DNA of 64,000 bases from an uncultured bacterium (GCA_965541585.1 CBEUCH010000009.1:1-64000), one strand, 5' to 3'. Shown: positions 19,654 through 29,956, numbered from the stretch's first letter. Numbers and translations are program-made. The notes: generated by a model not told the origin, from the letters alone.

Positions 19654-20478
19654 ATGTTGAATGCATTCACGGTAGATTTCGAGGACTGGTATCAGGGATT
19701 GGAGATTTACAGGGTCGATACCTGGCATAAGTTCGAATCCCGCATCGAAAAATATTGCCATGAATTTCTGGAAATTCTGGATAAATATGACACCAGGGCG
19801 ACTTTTTTTGTTCTCGGGTACCTGGCCGAAGAATATCCTCACCTGATAAAAATGATTCATCAAGCCGGACATGAAATCGGTTCTCACGGGTACGGCCATG
19901 ACCAGATATTCAAGCTCACACCGGAGAAATTTGACCGCGAGATAGTCAGGACCAATGAAGCAATCATGGCGATTACGGGCAAGCAACCTATAGGTTTTCG
20001 GGCGCCCATATTTTCGATTACAAGTGAATCGTTATGGGCATTCGATATCTTAGCCGAGAATGGCTTTAAATACGATTCCAGCATTTACCCGGTTTTCAAT
20101 TATCGCTATGGCGTGGTGAAATCTGATCGGTTTCGTCATATGATTACTACTGAATCGAAGGCTCAGATTATCGAAATCCCCGTTGCCACGGGAAGGCTAT
20201 TGGGATTAAATGTCCCCGTTGGCGGTGGCGCCTATTTCCGTATCTGGCCGTATGCGATAACAAAATGGGGATTTACGCAAATGAATAGAATGGGAAATCC
20301 CGCCGTCTTTTATATTCACCCCTGGGAATTAGACCCTGATCAGCCGAAGACAGATATGCCTAAGAGGATTTATCTTACCCATTATCATAGACTGGGTTCG
20401 ACCCGTAAGAAATTGCACAGACTGTTTTCGGATTTTGAATTTACAAGCCTGTCAAATGTTCTTGATCTGGAGTATTGA
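19654..20478 (+). CDS. Polysaccharide deacetylase (DUF3473 / PEP-CTERM-locus subfamily)
   Basis: TVDFEDWY, HEIGSHGYGH, GFRAP, GGGAYFR, YIHPWE. Confidence 0.9.
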   Translation: MLNAFTVDFEDWYQGLEIYRVDTWHKFESRIEKYCHEFLEILDKYDTRATFFVLGYLAEEYPHLIKMIHQAGHEIGSHGYGHDQIFKLTPEKFDREIVRTNEAIMAITGKQPIGFRAPIFSITSESLWAFDILAENGFKYDSSIYPVFNYRYGVVKSDRFRHMITTESKAQIIEIPVATGRLLGLNVPVGGGAYFRIWPYAITKWGFTQMNRMGNPAVFYIHPWELDPDQPKTDMPKRIYLTHYHRLGSTRKKLHRLFSDFEFTSLSNVLDLEY

Positions 20479-20491
20479 GGTCGTATCTTAG

Positions 20492-21043
20492 ATGGAATCC
20501 GATAAGAAGAGGCCGGTTCTATTTCTGGACAGAGATGGTGTGATTATCGTGGAAAAGAATTTTCAGATTGATATCGGGACAATGGAATTTTATCCGGGGG
20601 CAGTCGATGCTCTAAGAGAGGCCGACCAGCGGTTCTTAAAGGTGGTTGTGTCAAATCAGTCCGGCGTCGCTCGAAAGAGATTTACGCAGGATGACGTTGA
20701 AAGATTCAATCTCGCATTGTCGGAAAGGCTGAAAAGGGAGAGCATTAAAATAGATGGCTGGTATTTTTGTCCACACCGGCCCGGAGACAACTGCCCTTGC
20801 CGTAAGCCAAAGGCCGGGATGTTGTTAAAAGCGGCAGATGAACTATCGATTGAGCTGAAAGGAAGCTGGATGATTGGAGATAAATCATCAGATATACTGG
20901 CTGGTAAAACTGCCGGAGTGAAGACGGTTCTCGTAAGAACGGGATATGCTGGAAAAGAGCAGGGAACGGTTCCTGTCAAACCCGATCATATTGCCGATAA
21001 CTTATACGACGCAGTGCAGTATATAAACAGGAGTCCAGGTTGA
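20492..21043 (+). CDS. gmhB: D-glycero-manno-heptose-1,7-bisphosphate phosphatase (HAD IIIA)
   Basis: FLDRDGVI, SNQSGVAR, CPHRP..CPCRKPK, IGDKSSD. Confidence 0.85.
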   Translation: MESDKKRPVLFLDRDGVIIVEKNFQIDIGTMEFYPGAVDALREADQRFLKVVVSNQSGVARKRFTQDDVERFNLALSERLKRESIKIDGWYFCPHRPGDNCPCRKPKAGMLLKAADELSIELKGSWMIGDKSSDILAGKTAGVKTVLVRTGYAGKEQGTVPVKPDHIADNLYDAVQYINRSPG

Positions 21044-22005
21044 AAGAGAAGATGTTAATAACGGGTGGGGCCGGATTTGTCGGCTCTTTCCTCGCTGAGG
21101 AACTTCTAAAAAGAGACTATGTAGTTGTGGCGGTCGACAATCTATCGACCGGTAGCCTTCAAAATATCGCTCATCTCAGAGACAATCCCGACTTCGAGTT
21201 CAATACCGGCACTATTATGGATGAGGACTTGATGGATAAGCTCATCGGCCAATCTTCAAAAATATTCCATCTGGCCGCCGCTGTCGGTGTCAGGCTGATA
21301 ATAGAGCGTCCTGTGGAAACGATTGAAACCAACATCATGGGAACCGAAATAATTTACAAATACGCCAATAAGCATAAGAAAAAGGTCATCATCTCTTCAA
21401 CCTCCGAGGTTTACGGCAAGAATAACGAGATACCCTTTAAGGAAACCGATGATTCGGTTTATGGGCCGACATTTAGATCGAGATGGAGTTATGCATGCTC
21501 AAAGGCTATAGATGAGTTTCTAGCGCTGGCGTATTACCATGAAAAAAAGCTTCCGGTAGTTATAGTAAGGCTTTTCAACACCATCGGGCCGAGGCAAACC
21601 GGCAGGTATGGGATGGTGGTGCCCAACTTCGTACAGCAGGCTCTACTGGGTCATCCAATTACAGTTTTCGGCGATGGTGAACAGACCCGCTGTTTTGCCA
21701 ATGTCAGGGATGTCGTCTGGGCCATAGCGGAGCTTGCCGGAAAACCGGAGGCCGAGGGACAGGTCTTCAATGTCGGCACTCAGGAGGTCATTTCCATAAA
21801 GGACTTAGCGCTTAAGGTCAAAACTTTATGCAACTCGGATTCGGAAATCAGTTATATCCCTTATGATGATGCTTACGAGGCTGGCTTCGAGGATATGAAT
21901 CGACGGATGCCCGATATAGCCAAAGTGCGTGAGTTAATTGGATTCGAGCCAAAATTGGATCTGGAACAAACCATTAATGAAATAATAGAATATTTTAAGG
22001 AATGA
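21040..22005 (+). CDS. NAD-dependent nucleotide-sugar epimerase/dehydratase (extended SDR)
   Basis: TGGAGFVGS, STSEVYGK, YACSK. Confidence 0.92.
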   Translation: MKEKMLITGGAGFVGSFLAEELLKRDYVVVAVDNLSTGSLQNIAHLRDNPDFEFNTGTIMDEDLMDKLIGQSSKIFHLAAAVGVRLIIERPVETIETNIMGTEIIYKYANKHKKKVIISSTSEVYGKNNEIPFKETDDSVYGPTFRSRWSYACSKAIDEFLALAYYHEKKLPVVIVRLFNTIGPRQTGRYGMVVPNFVQQALLGHPITVFGDGEQTRCFANVRDVVWAIAELAGKPEAEGQVFNVGTQEVISIKDLALKVKTLCNSDSEISYIPYDDAYEAGFEDMNRRMPDIAKVRELIGFEPKLDLEQTINEIIEYFKE

Positions 22006-24281
22006 GTAGATTCTATATAGGTTCATTCGTGATCTCATTTCTGGCCGTTATCGCCTTTGTACCGGTAGTGAGACGCTGGGCGTTGAATTTGGATTTTCTC
22101 GATATCCCTGCCGGAGTAAAAAGCCACAAAACGCCTACGCCATTGGGCGGAGGCCTGGCCGTTCTGGCCGGTTCAGTGATCCTTATGACAGTTGTTGCCA
22201 TTGTATCAGGTATACAAATACCTAAAACTGCTGCAGGAATTATCGCCGGAACCATTCTGATAGCTTTGATTGGCGTATATGATGATTATTATGAAATGGG
22301 GGCGCTGGGCAAGATTCTAGGGCAGATCATTGCGGCTTTGATTTTTCTGACCTTTGTCGAGAAGTATCCTCCGATTATTTCGTTGCCTGCGTTTCTTATC
22401 CTGACGTCCATCTGGATCATAGGGATGCAAAATGCCATCAACTTTATTGATAATCTGGATGGTATGTGCGGCGGGATTTCTCTGACAATTGCAATGGCCT
22501 TCGGGATCCTTTTCATCATCAAGGCAATGCCGATATTTGCTATATTCAGTTTCGCACTCGCCGGGGGCGCTCTTGGATTTCTGCGTTATAATTTCACCCC
22601 TGCGAATATTTTTCTTGGTGACGGGGGGAGTCTTCTGTTCGGTTTTGCGTTATCATGTCTGGGCATCGTTCATCTCAATACTTCAAAATCATTCACCGAG
22701 GCATTAGCTCCCATACTTATCATGGCATTTCCGATTTTCGATATGACATTGGTGACAATTACCAGATTGAATAAGGGGCGAAAGGTTTATATTGCCAGCA
22801 AGGATCATGCCTGGGATATGATCAAGATTCAAGGATTGACGAATGAAGCCACAGTATACGTAATCTTGTTGATCAACCTTATGCTGGTGATATCGGGTGC
22901 GACTGTCTTTTTTATGGATGATTCACCTTATCGAACACTCCTGGTTGTGGGATTTGCACTCCTTCTTTCTTTTATTGGTGCCCAACTTTATAAGAATTTT
23001 CTCTTTCTCAAGGACAACATTCTAGCCTTAACGGTCGATTTGATATCTATTAATCTCGCTTTCTGGGCCTATTATCTGATAAAATATAAAAGTGGCCTTT
23101 TGCATTATTCTACGGTGCTATCACCGGAGGCGCTTGCCAATCCTCTGGCCTGGATAAATATATTCTGGATCGTATTATACGCAGCCCTGGGGCTGTATGA
23201 TATCTCATTTGAAATGAAATTCCGTACGCATTATTCGATTCTGGCAAAGAGCATCTTCGCAGGGGTCTCGATCTTTCTTCTGGCAAATTTCAAGCCCGGT
23301 GCCGGCTTCCAGGTCTCCTTCGCGTCCATTGTCATTTTCGTAATTCTGCTATTATCAATTAGCTCGTTGATGAGAGCCATATTGTATTTTCATTTTTCGA
23401 AGAAATTCAAAAAAACCGATCGAAAAATGAACGGTGTCATTGTAAATCCGAGCGGCGCCATCACTACTCCCTCGCCGAACGAGATTTTCGGCCATCGCTA
23501 CAATGTGGTTGGATATATCGGTCCTGAAACAAAGAATAGCCTGGAAAGGCTCGGGGAGCTATCCGAAATGGAGAATGTTCTGAGAGTGATGAAAGCCGGC
23601 CGTGTTATCCTGGATATAGCGAAATCAGATTACCGTAACTTAAGACCCGTCTTTGAAAGTCCGTTTTATATGGAGACTATTTTTCTGGTGCATGCGGATG
23701 GGCAGGATAATCTCAGGGGGTTGAAAAGATTCAGGTCGAACAATAAAGATATAGATATTATATCGATAAGGCATCGACGGCTTTTCCCCTTGATGCTAAG
23801 GCGTCTCATTGATCTGGGACTTTCTTTTGCTACGCTGTTAGCGATCAGTCCATATTGGGGATTAAAGGTCTTGCTCGCCCGGCTGAAAAAGAATAGAATT
23901 CTTGAGGATGTAAAAATAATTTCGAGAGGCGAGAGAAGAGTCAGAATGAAGGCGCTTTCCAGAAATGCCGGGTCTATCAGCATTAGAAGCTGGCCGGCGT
24001 TGTTGTCTGTACTCAAGGGCAATCTAAGCTTTTACGGCCCTACTATAACGATTGCCGATGAATATGAATCCTCCAGGGATTCCATCCCCGGATACTGGAG
24101 GAAATTCCTGTTGAAACCGGGTTTGTTCGGGCCGGGATACATCGGGAGCACGCCTGAAGAGAGATTCGAGCTGGATCTGGCCTATATGGAGAAGACGTCG
24201 CTGCGTGGTGATTTGATCATGATGGCAAAACAAATACTGGGGATACCTGTATCGAAGGAGATCAAAACGGAAAATGCTTGA
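22002..24281 (+). CDS. Fusion of a WecA/MraY-type polytopic phosphoglycosyl transferase with a degenerate WcaJ/WbaP-like region
   Basis: N-half GVYDDY, NAINFIDNLDG, IFLGDGGS; C-half RRLIDL, VLKGNLSFYGP, KPGLFG, ELDLAYMEKTSLRGDL. Confidence 0.8.
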   Translation: MSRFYIGSFVISFLAVIAFVPVVRRWALNLDFLDIPAGVKSHKTPTPLGGGLAVLAGSVILMTVVAIVSGIQIPKTAAGIIAGTILIALIGVYDDYYEMGALGKILGQIIAALIFLTFVEKYPPIISLPAFLILTSIWIIGMQNAINFIDNLDGMCGGISLTIAMAFGILFIIKAMPIFAIFSFALAGGALGFLRYNFTPANIFLGDGGSLLFGFALSCLGIVHLNTSKSFTEALAPILIMAFPIFDMTLVTITRLNKGRKVYIASKDHAWDMIKIQGLTNEATVYVILLINLMLVISGATVFFMDDSPYRTLLVVGFALLLSFIGAQLYKNFLFLKDNILALTVDLISINLAFWAYYLIKYKSGLLHYSTVLSPEALANPLAWINIFWIVLYAALGLYDISFEMKFRTHYSILAKSIFAGVSIFLLANFKPGAGFQVSFASIVIFVILLLSISSLMRAILYFHFSKKFKKTDRKMNGVIVNPSGAITTPSPNEIFGHRYNVVGYIGPETKNSLERLGELSEMENVLRVMKAGRVILDIAKSDYRNLRPVFESPFYMETIFLVHADGQDNLRGLKRFRSNNKDIDIISIRHRRLFPLMLRRLIDLGLSFATLLAISPYWGLKVLLARLKKNRILEDVKIISRGERRVRMKALSRNAGSISIRSWPALLSVLKGNLSFYGPTITIADEYESSRDSIPGYWRKFLLKPGLFGPGYIGSTPEERFELDLAYMEKTSLRGDLIMMAKQILGIPVSKEIKTENA

Positions 24282-25548
24282 TCCAAAATTTATAAGAACC
24301 AATCCTGAACTTTTGAAGAAGGCCATACGGGATAAAGGGGAAAAAGCGGACGTAGACGAGTTTCTGGCTCTTGATGAAGAAAGACGTCAGGTTATTGCCC
24401 GTGTGGAAAAATTAAAGGCCGAACGCAACGCCGCTTCCATGGAGGTGGCCGGGATAAAGAAAGAAAAAGGGGACGCTTCCGGGATTATCTCGCAGATGAA
24501 GGTTGTAGGAGATAAGATCGCCGACTCTGATAAACAGTTGAGGGAACTCGAAGATCGGATTGCGGATATCCTGTTATGGATCCCGAACATTCCCCACCAA
24601 TCGGTACCGGTTGGCCGGAGCGATGAGGATAACGTGGAGATCAGGCGCTGGGGAGAGATGAAATCATTCGACTTCACTCCCAGACCGCATTGGGAGATAG
24701 GGGAGATGATAGGCGGTCTTGACATACCGCACGGGGCTAAAGTCAGCGGTTCCGGATTCTACTTTCTAACCGGGCCGGGGGCAAGACTCGAACGGGCGCT
24801 GATCAATTTCATGCTGGATCTGCATACCGGGGAACATGGTTATACCGAGGTTATGGTGCCCTATCTTGTAGGCGAGGACTCCATGCGCGGAACTGGCCAG
24901 TTGCCGAAGCTTAAAGAGGATATGTACCGGATCGAACAGGATAACCTCTATCTTATCCCGACCTCCGAGGTATCGTTGACCAATATTCACGCCGGCGAAA
25001 TCCTGCCGCCCGGCTCGCTGCCGAAAAAAGTTTGCGCTTTTTCTCCATGCTTCAGGAGGGAGGCAGGTTCGTATGGCAAGGAAACCCGTGGCATCGTCAG
25101 GGTGCATCAATTTCACAAAGTGGAGATGGTAAAGATCGTGGAGCGGGAATCTTCATACGATGAACTCGACTCTCTTCTTGCGGATGCTGAGAAAATCCTG
25201 CAAATTCTGCATTTGCCGTACAGGGTTAGAGCCCTCTGCACGGGGGAGCTTTCATTCGCTGCATCAAAATGTTACGATATCGAACTCTATGCCCCCGGCA
25301 TGGACGCCTGGCTCGAGGTTTCCTCCTGCTCCAACTTCGAAAGCTTCCAATCTCGCCGCATGAATCTGCGCTACAGGCCCGAAAAAGGCGGCAAAACCGA
25401 ATTCCCGCATACCCTGAACGGTTCCGGCCTGGCTCTGCCAAGAACACTTGTTGGAATCCTGGAGAATTATCAGACCAGAAGCGGCGAAGTGGTGGTGCCG
25501 GAAGCTCTTCATCCTTACATGGGAGGTCTGAAGATCCTGAAGGGCTGA
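24274..25548 (+). CDS. serS: Serine--tRNA ligase
   Basis: LIPTSEV, CFRREAGSYG, RVHQFHKVE, EVSSCSN, HTLNGSGLA. Confidence 0.97.
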   Translation: MLDPKFIRTNPELLKKAIRDKGEKADVDEFLALDEERRQVIARVEKLKAERNAASMEVAGIKKEKGDASGIISQMKVVGDKIADSDKQLRELEDRIADILLWIPNIPHQSVPVGRSDEDNVEIRRWGEMKSFDFTPRPHWEIGEMIGGLDIPHGAKVSGSGFYFLTGPGARLERALINFMLDLHTGEHGYTEVMVPYLVGEDSMRGTGQLPKLKEDMYRIEQDNLYLIPTSEVSLTNIHAGEILPPGSLPKKVCAFSPCFRREAGSYGKETRGIVRVHQFHKVEMVKIVERESSYDELDSLLADAEKILQILHLPYRVRALCTGELSFAASKCYDIELYAPGMDAWLEVSSCSNFESFQSRRMNLRYRPEKGGKTEFPHTLNGSGLALPRTLVGILENYQTRSGEVVVPEALHPYMGGLKILKG

Positions 25549-25551
25549 CTC

Positions 25552-26790
25552 ATGCGCCTGTTCAAGAAAAAATACCCCGAATCCGTATATGTCGGATATA
25601 CGCGTTTCTTTAAGGGATTTTTGATATTCGGGATGATTGCGGTTATAAGCTTGTTTATCTATTTCAACCAATCGATTGTCGCCGGGCTCCGGGAGGACTC
25701 GGCCCGGGTCAGCCACGCCTACGCGACGCTTATTCAATACGGCGCCAGCGAGGCTACCGACCCGGCAATCATAGATTTCATTTTTGAAAATATCGTAACT
25801 AAAGTGAATTTTCCTATCGTCGTCACCGATAGAGACGGATTGCCGGCTGCCTGGACCGTAGATATTGACCCCTCTGACACCACCCAGCAAGCCAGAAACA
25901 GATTATTAAGGTATATCGCCGAGTTCGATAATCAGAATCCACCCATTGAAATCACCTCGGGAGATGACGTTATCAGTATCCTCCATTATGGAGATTCACG
26001 TCTGATCAGTCAGCTCCAGCTGATTCCCGTGATAGAGATTTCAGTGGTGGGCGTGTTTATCCTGGTAGCATTCGTAGGCATACGCCATATTCAACATTCG
26101 GAACAAAGATCGATCTGGATTGGTATGGCAAAAGAGACAGCGCATCAACTGGGCACGCCGCTATCGTCATTGATGGGCTGGGTCGAGCTAATGAAGCTTA
26201 AACATTCCGATGGAGAAATAAGTTTTTCGGAGAACAACAGCGAGAAAGACTTTGAGGAGATGACATCTAGAATGCTCGGCGATCTAAAAAGGTTGGATAA
26301 AATAGCAACTCGTTTTGGACAGATTGGTTCGATCCCGGAACTGGAGGAGTGCGATATAAATGATGTTGTCAAAGAAACGGTCGCTTATTTCAGGCTCCGC
26401 TTACCCTCGAAAGGCGTGAACCTAATGGAGAAATGCGGAGAAATCAGGCCGGTTAAAGTCAATACGGAATTGATGAGTTGGGTTATCGAGAACTTGATAA
26501 AAAATTCTCTGGAGTCAACCAGCCCGAAAACGGGATTTATCACAATTTCCACGGAATATGATACCGGACAGAAGAAGGTCCGCATAACCATCGAGGATAA
26601 CGGCCGCGGAATTCCTCCATCAGAGCAAAAGAAGGTTTTCGCACCGGGTTTCACCACTAAAAAAAGAGGATGGGGACTGGGGCTAACTCTTGCTAAAAGA
26701 ATCGTTGAGGAGTATCATGGAGGCAGGATAACTCTTAAGTTCTCGGACCCTCGGATAAGAACGGCGTTCAGCATCGAGTTACCGGTTTGA
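25552..26790 (+). CDS. Membrane sensor histidine kinase
   Basis: 2 TM, ETAHQLGTPLSS H-box, ENLIKNS, DNGRG, FTTKKRGWGLGL. Confidence 0.93.
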   Translation: MRLFKKKYPESVYVGYTRFFKGFLIFGMIAVISLFIYFNQSIVAGLREDSARVSHAYATLIQYGASEATDPAIIDFIFENIVTKVNFPIVVTDRDGLPAAWTVDIDPSDTTQQARNRLLRYIAEFDNQNPPIEITSGDDVISILHYGDSRLISQLQLIPVIEISVVGVFILVAFVGIRHIQHSEQRSIWIGMAKETAHQLGTPLSSLMGWVELMKLKHSDGEISFSENNSEKDFEEMTSRMLGDLKRLDKIATRFGQIGSIPELEECDINDVVKETVAYFRLRLPSKGVNLMEKCGEIRPVKVNTELMSWVIENLIKNSLESTSPKTGFITISTEYDTGQKKVRITIEDNGRGIPPSEQKKVFAPGFTTKKRGWGLGLTLAKRIVEEYHGGRITLKFSDPRIRTAFSIELPV

Positions 26791-26792
26791 TT

Positions 26793-28352
26793 ATGCGGAA
26801 AGAAGAACGAAAAACAATTCTCTGGGTCGATGATGAGATAGACCTGCTCAAGGCTCATATCATATACCTCAACGAGAGAGGTTACAGGATGGTTGAGGCC
26901 TCCAACGGCGACGATGCGATCGAGTTAGTAAGAAAAGGCGGTGTAGATCTTGTTCTTCTTGATGAGATGATGCCAGGGCGGGATGGCCTGTCGACCCTGG
27001 TGGAGATCAAGGATATCAATCCCAGCCTGCCGGTTATCATGGTCACCAAGTCGGAGGAAGAACACTTAATGGACGAGGCCATCGGTAAGAAGATAGACGA
27101 TTATCTCACCAAACCCGTTAATTTGACCCAGATTCTCTCAGCCGTTAAGAGAATACTCGAGCGTCAGAAGATCACAGAAAGTGCTCTAACTCGCGAATTC
27201 GTAACCGAATTCTCCGGGATCAGTGCAAGATTGTCGGGGCCCATGAGCTGGAAGGATTGGCTGGAAACTCATATCAAGCTCTCTGAGATAGACATTGAGC
27301 TGGAGAAATTACGTGATGTGGGTCTCAGGCAATCTCTCCAGGATTTAAAGAAGCATAGTTCGGCGGAATTCGGGAACTTCGTCAAGAAAAATTATCGAAG
27401 CTGGGTCAGTGATGGCGGCGGACCGCCATTGTCTGTCAATATTGTCAAAGACCATGTCCTGCCGTTGCTCAAAGATGGGATTCAGACCTTTTTCATAGTA
27501 ATTGATTGCATGCGCCTTGATCAATGGTTTATGATCGAACCCATCCTGGCTGACTATTTTGAAATAAAAAGGGATTACTATTTTTCAATTCTTCCGACAG
27601 CAACTCCCTTTTCGAGAAATGCCATCTTCGCCGGCGAATTTCCCGATGAGGTCGCAAAGTTGAATTCAGAACTCTGGGAAAAATCGTTCAGCGAGGCAAG
27701 CCGCAATCGACATGAAAGACAGCTTCTCGATCGCAACCTGGCAAAACTCGGCCAGAAGTTTAAAAGTGAGCCTAAATATGTTAAGGTTCTCGATTATGCG
27801 GAAGGACAGAATCTGGCCAGGAAGATAAAAACCTATTCAAGCGTGCCCCTTCTTTCAATCGTATATAATTTTGTTGATATCATGATTCACGGACGGAGCG
27901 AGTCGGAGATACTGCAGGAGATAGCCCCCAATGAGGCGGCCTTTAGATCTCTGGTAAAATCATGGTTTGAGCATTCTCACCTTTTCGATATGCTCAAGAA
28001 GCTTGCGGCGCTTGATTGCGCAGTCGTCATTACCACTGACCACGGCTCGGTTATTGGAACCAGGGGAACATTGGCCTACGGTAAAAGAGATACGTCCACC
28101 AACCTCAGGTATAAATACGGAGATAACCTCAACTGCGATCCCAAGCAGGCATGGATGATCAAGGATCCCAGAGAGCTTCGCCTGCCGATATGGGGACTGG
28201 CCACAACCTATATCATCGCCCTGGAGGATTATTATTTCGTTTATCCAACCAAGTATTCGGAATATAAACGTCAATACCGGGATAGTTTTCAACATGGTGG
28301 CATATCGCCCGATGAAATGATCCTGCCGGTGGCAACGTTAAGACCAAGATAG
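26793..28352 (+). CDS. porX: PorX-family response regulator (REC plus PglZ/alkaline-phosphatase domain)
   Basis: WVDDE, LLDEMMPG receiver; IDCMRLDQW, ILPTATPFSRNAIF, TTDHG, FQHGG PglZ motifs; adjacent to tsaE. Confidence 0.85.
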   Translation: MRKEERKTILWVDDEIDLLKAHIIYLNERGYRMVEASNGDDAIELVRKGGVDLVLLDEMMPGRDGLSTLVEIKDINPSLPVIMVTKSEEEHLMDEAIGKKIDDYLTKPVNLTQILSAVKRILERQKITESALTREFVTEFSGISARLSGPMSWKDWLETHIKLSEIDIELEKLRDVGLRQSLQDLKKHSSAEFGNFVKKNYRSWVSDGGGPPLSVNIVKDHVLPLLKDGIQTFFIVIDCMRLDQWFMIEPILADYFEIKRDYYFSILPTATPFSRNAIFAGEFPDEVAKLNSELWEKSFSEASRNRHERQLLDRNLAKLGQKFKSEPKYVKVLDYAEGQNLARKIKTYSSVPLLSIVYNFVDIMIHGRSESEILQEIAPNEAAFRSLVKSWFEHSHLFDMLKKLAALDCAVVITTDHGSVIGTRGTLAYGKRDTSTNLRYKYGDNLNCDPKQAWMIKDPRELRLPIWGLATTYIIALEDYYFVYPTKYSEYKRQYRDSFQHGGISPDEMILPVATLRPR

Positions 28353-28419
28353 TTAACAATTTCTTCTCACGACAAGAATGAGTTTTTCCAGTGGTTAAGA
28401 ATCTTAGAATCTCGACAAC

Positions 28420-28863
28420 ATGAGAGAATTTCTTTCAAAGACTACGAAAAGCGCTTCGGAAACGGAAAAGATCGCCCGGGATCTGGCAGGCGCCCTGAAA
28501 TCCGGTGATATCGTCGCTCTATACGGGCCGGTAGGATCCGGAAAGACCTGTTTCGTTCGCGGACTCGCCTCTGGTCTCGGATGCAGCCAGAAAGTCAGAA
28601 GCCCGTCATTCAGTCTGGTTAATGAATATTCCGGCCCGCTGCCTTTGTATCATATCGATTTCTATCGCCTGGAAAAGGAAGCGGAAATAATCGACCTCGG
28701 CTGGACCGATTATCTCGATTCGGATGGAGTTCTGGCTATCGAGTGGGCCGAACGGGTCAGAAATATGTTGCCGTCGATGAGATTTGACGTTTATTTAGAT
28801 TTTTCCGGCCCGGAGATGAGGCGAGTGGAGATAATGGCGGATGATAATATTGGGAATCGATAG
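28420..28863 (+). CDS. tsaE: tRNA t6A biosynthesis ATPase
   Basis: GPVGSGKT, VRSPSFSLVNEY, HIDFYRL, IEWAE. Confidence 0.95.
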   Translation: MREFLSKTTKSASETEKIARDLAGALKSGDIVALYGPVGSGKTCFVRGLASGLGCSQKVRSPSFSLVNEYSGPLPLYHIDFYRLEKEAEIIDLGWTDYLDSDGVLAIEWAERVRNMLPSMRFDVYLDFSGPEMRRVEIMADDNIGNR

Positions 28864-29509
28864 TTCTGACGAATTTGTTTCGGTGGGTGTTGCCGGGCCG
28901 CCGGGGGTTATGATTTCGAGATCCTCCGGGGTAGAGTCAAGGAATAAGAACGTGCTCCACAAATTTATGGTGGATACTCTGGCCGAAAAAGAACTTTCTT
29001 TTGCCGATCTTGGCGGTGTGGCAATAGCTGTCGGGCCCGGATCTTTTACCGGATTGCGCGTGGGGCTGGCCACGGCTAAGGGATTGTGCTGGTCTTTGAA
29101 TATTCCGCTGACAGGAGTCTCTTCCATCCGTGCCGTAGCCGGATGCTCAAAACCTGACGGCCGGAAGCTCCTGGCCATAAAGGACGCCAGGAAAAAAGAA
29201 TTTTACTACGGTGGATTTGACATGGCTGAAACCGAAATGGCACAGGTGATCCCGGATTCTCTTGGATCGGCTGAGGACATTTTCGCGCTTATGGAGAAAG
29301 GATATAAAGTCGCAGGCCCCGGCGTCCTGACGCTGCAGAAAAATCTTCCCCCTCACTTTACTATCGAAACCGATTTCGATGGCAACTGCCTGGGCGGAGA
29401 AATCGCTCGCCTGGGAAGGGCATCTCTGATATCCGGGGAAAGGCTAAATATCGCGGAGGCAGCTCCGAATTATATAAGAACACCCGGGTTTGTCAGGGAA
29501 AGAGCATAA
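28841..29509 (+). CDS. tsaB: tRNA t6A biosynthesis protein
   Basis: LGIDSS, GPGSFTGLRVG, DARKKE, PNYIR. Confidence 0.93.
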   Translation: MIILGIDSSDEFVSVGVAGPPGVMISRSSGVESRNKNVLHKFMVDTLAEKELSFADLGGVAIAVGPGSFTGLRVGLATAKGLCWSLNIPLTGVSSIRAVAGCSKPDGRKLLAIKDARKKEFYYGGFDMAETEMAQVIPDSLGSAEDIFALMEKGYKVAGPGVLTLQKNLPPHFTIETDFDGNCLGGEIARLGRASLISGERLNIAEAAPNYIRTPGFVRERA

Positions 29510-29512
29510 GAT

Positions 29513-29956
29513 ATGTCAGCTATAACGATCAGGAAAATGGCCGAAGAGGATCTCGAAAGGGTTACTGCAATTGAACAGGAAATCTTTTCGGATCCATGGA
29601 GCCTCAACGCCTTCAAGACGGACCTGAATAACGATATGACCTGGCCGCTGGTGGTGGAGTTTGAGAATTCCATTATCGGCTACACAAGTCTATATATAGT
29701 TGCGGGTGAGGTGCAGATAGGCAACTTTGCGGTTGCTGCCGGCTATCGCAAGAGGGGGGTCGCGAAGAAGATGATGTCCGAGATTATAAAGATCGCCGGC
29801 GATCATGGGTGCAACTCTATATTCCTGGAGGTTAGAGAGTCAAATAGTCAGGCTCAAGCTTTATATGAATCGTTCGGATTTATAAGATCAGGGCGGCGAA
29901 AAAATTATTATGCGAATCCCCGCGAATCAGCGGTCCTGATGGCGAAGGAACTGTGA
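29513..29956 (+). CDS. rimI: Ribosomal-protein-alanine N-acetyltransferase (GNAT)
   Basis: FSDPWS, LEVRESN, GRRKNYY; tsaB-rimI synteny. Confidence 0.9.
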   Translation: MSAITIRKMAEEDLERVTAIEQEIFSDPWSLNAFKTDLNNDMTWPLVVEFENSIIGYTSLYIVAGEVQIGNFAVAAGYRKRGVAKKMMSEIIKIAGDHGCNSIFLEVRESNSQAQALYESFGFIRSGRRKNYYANPRESAVLMAKEL

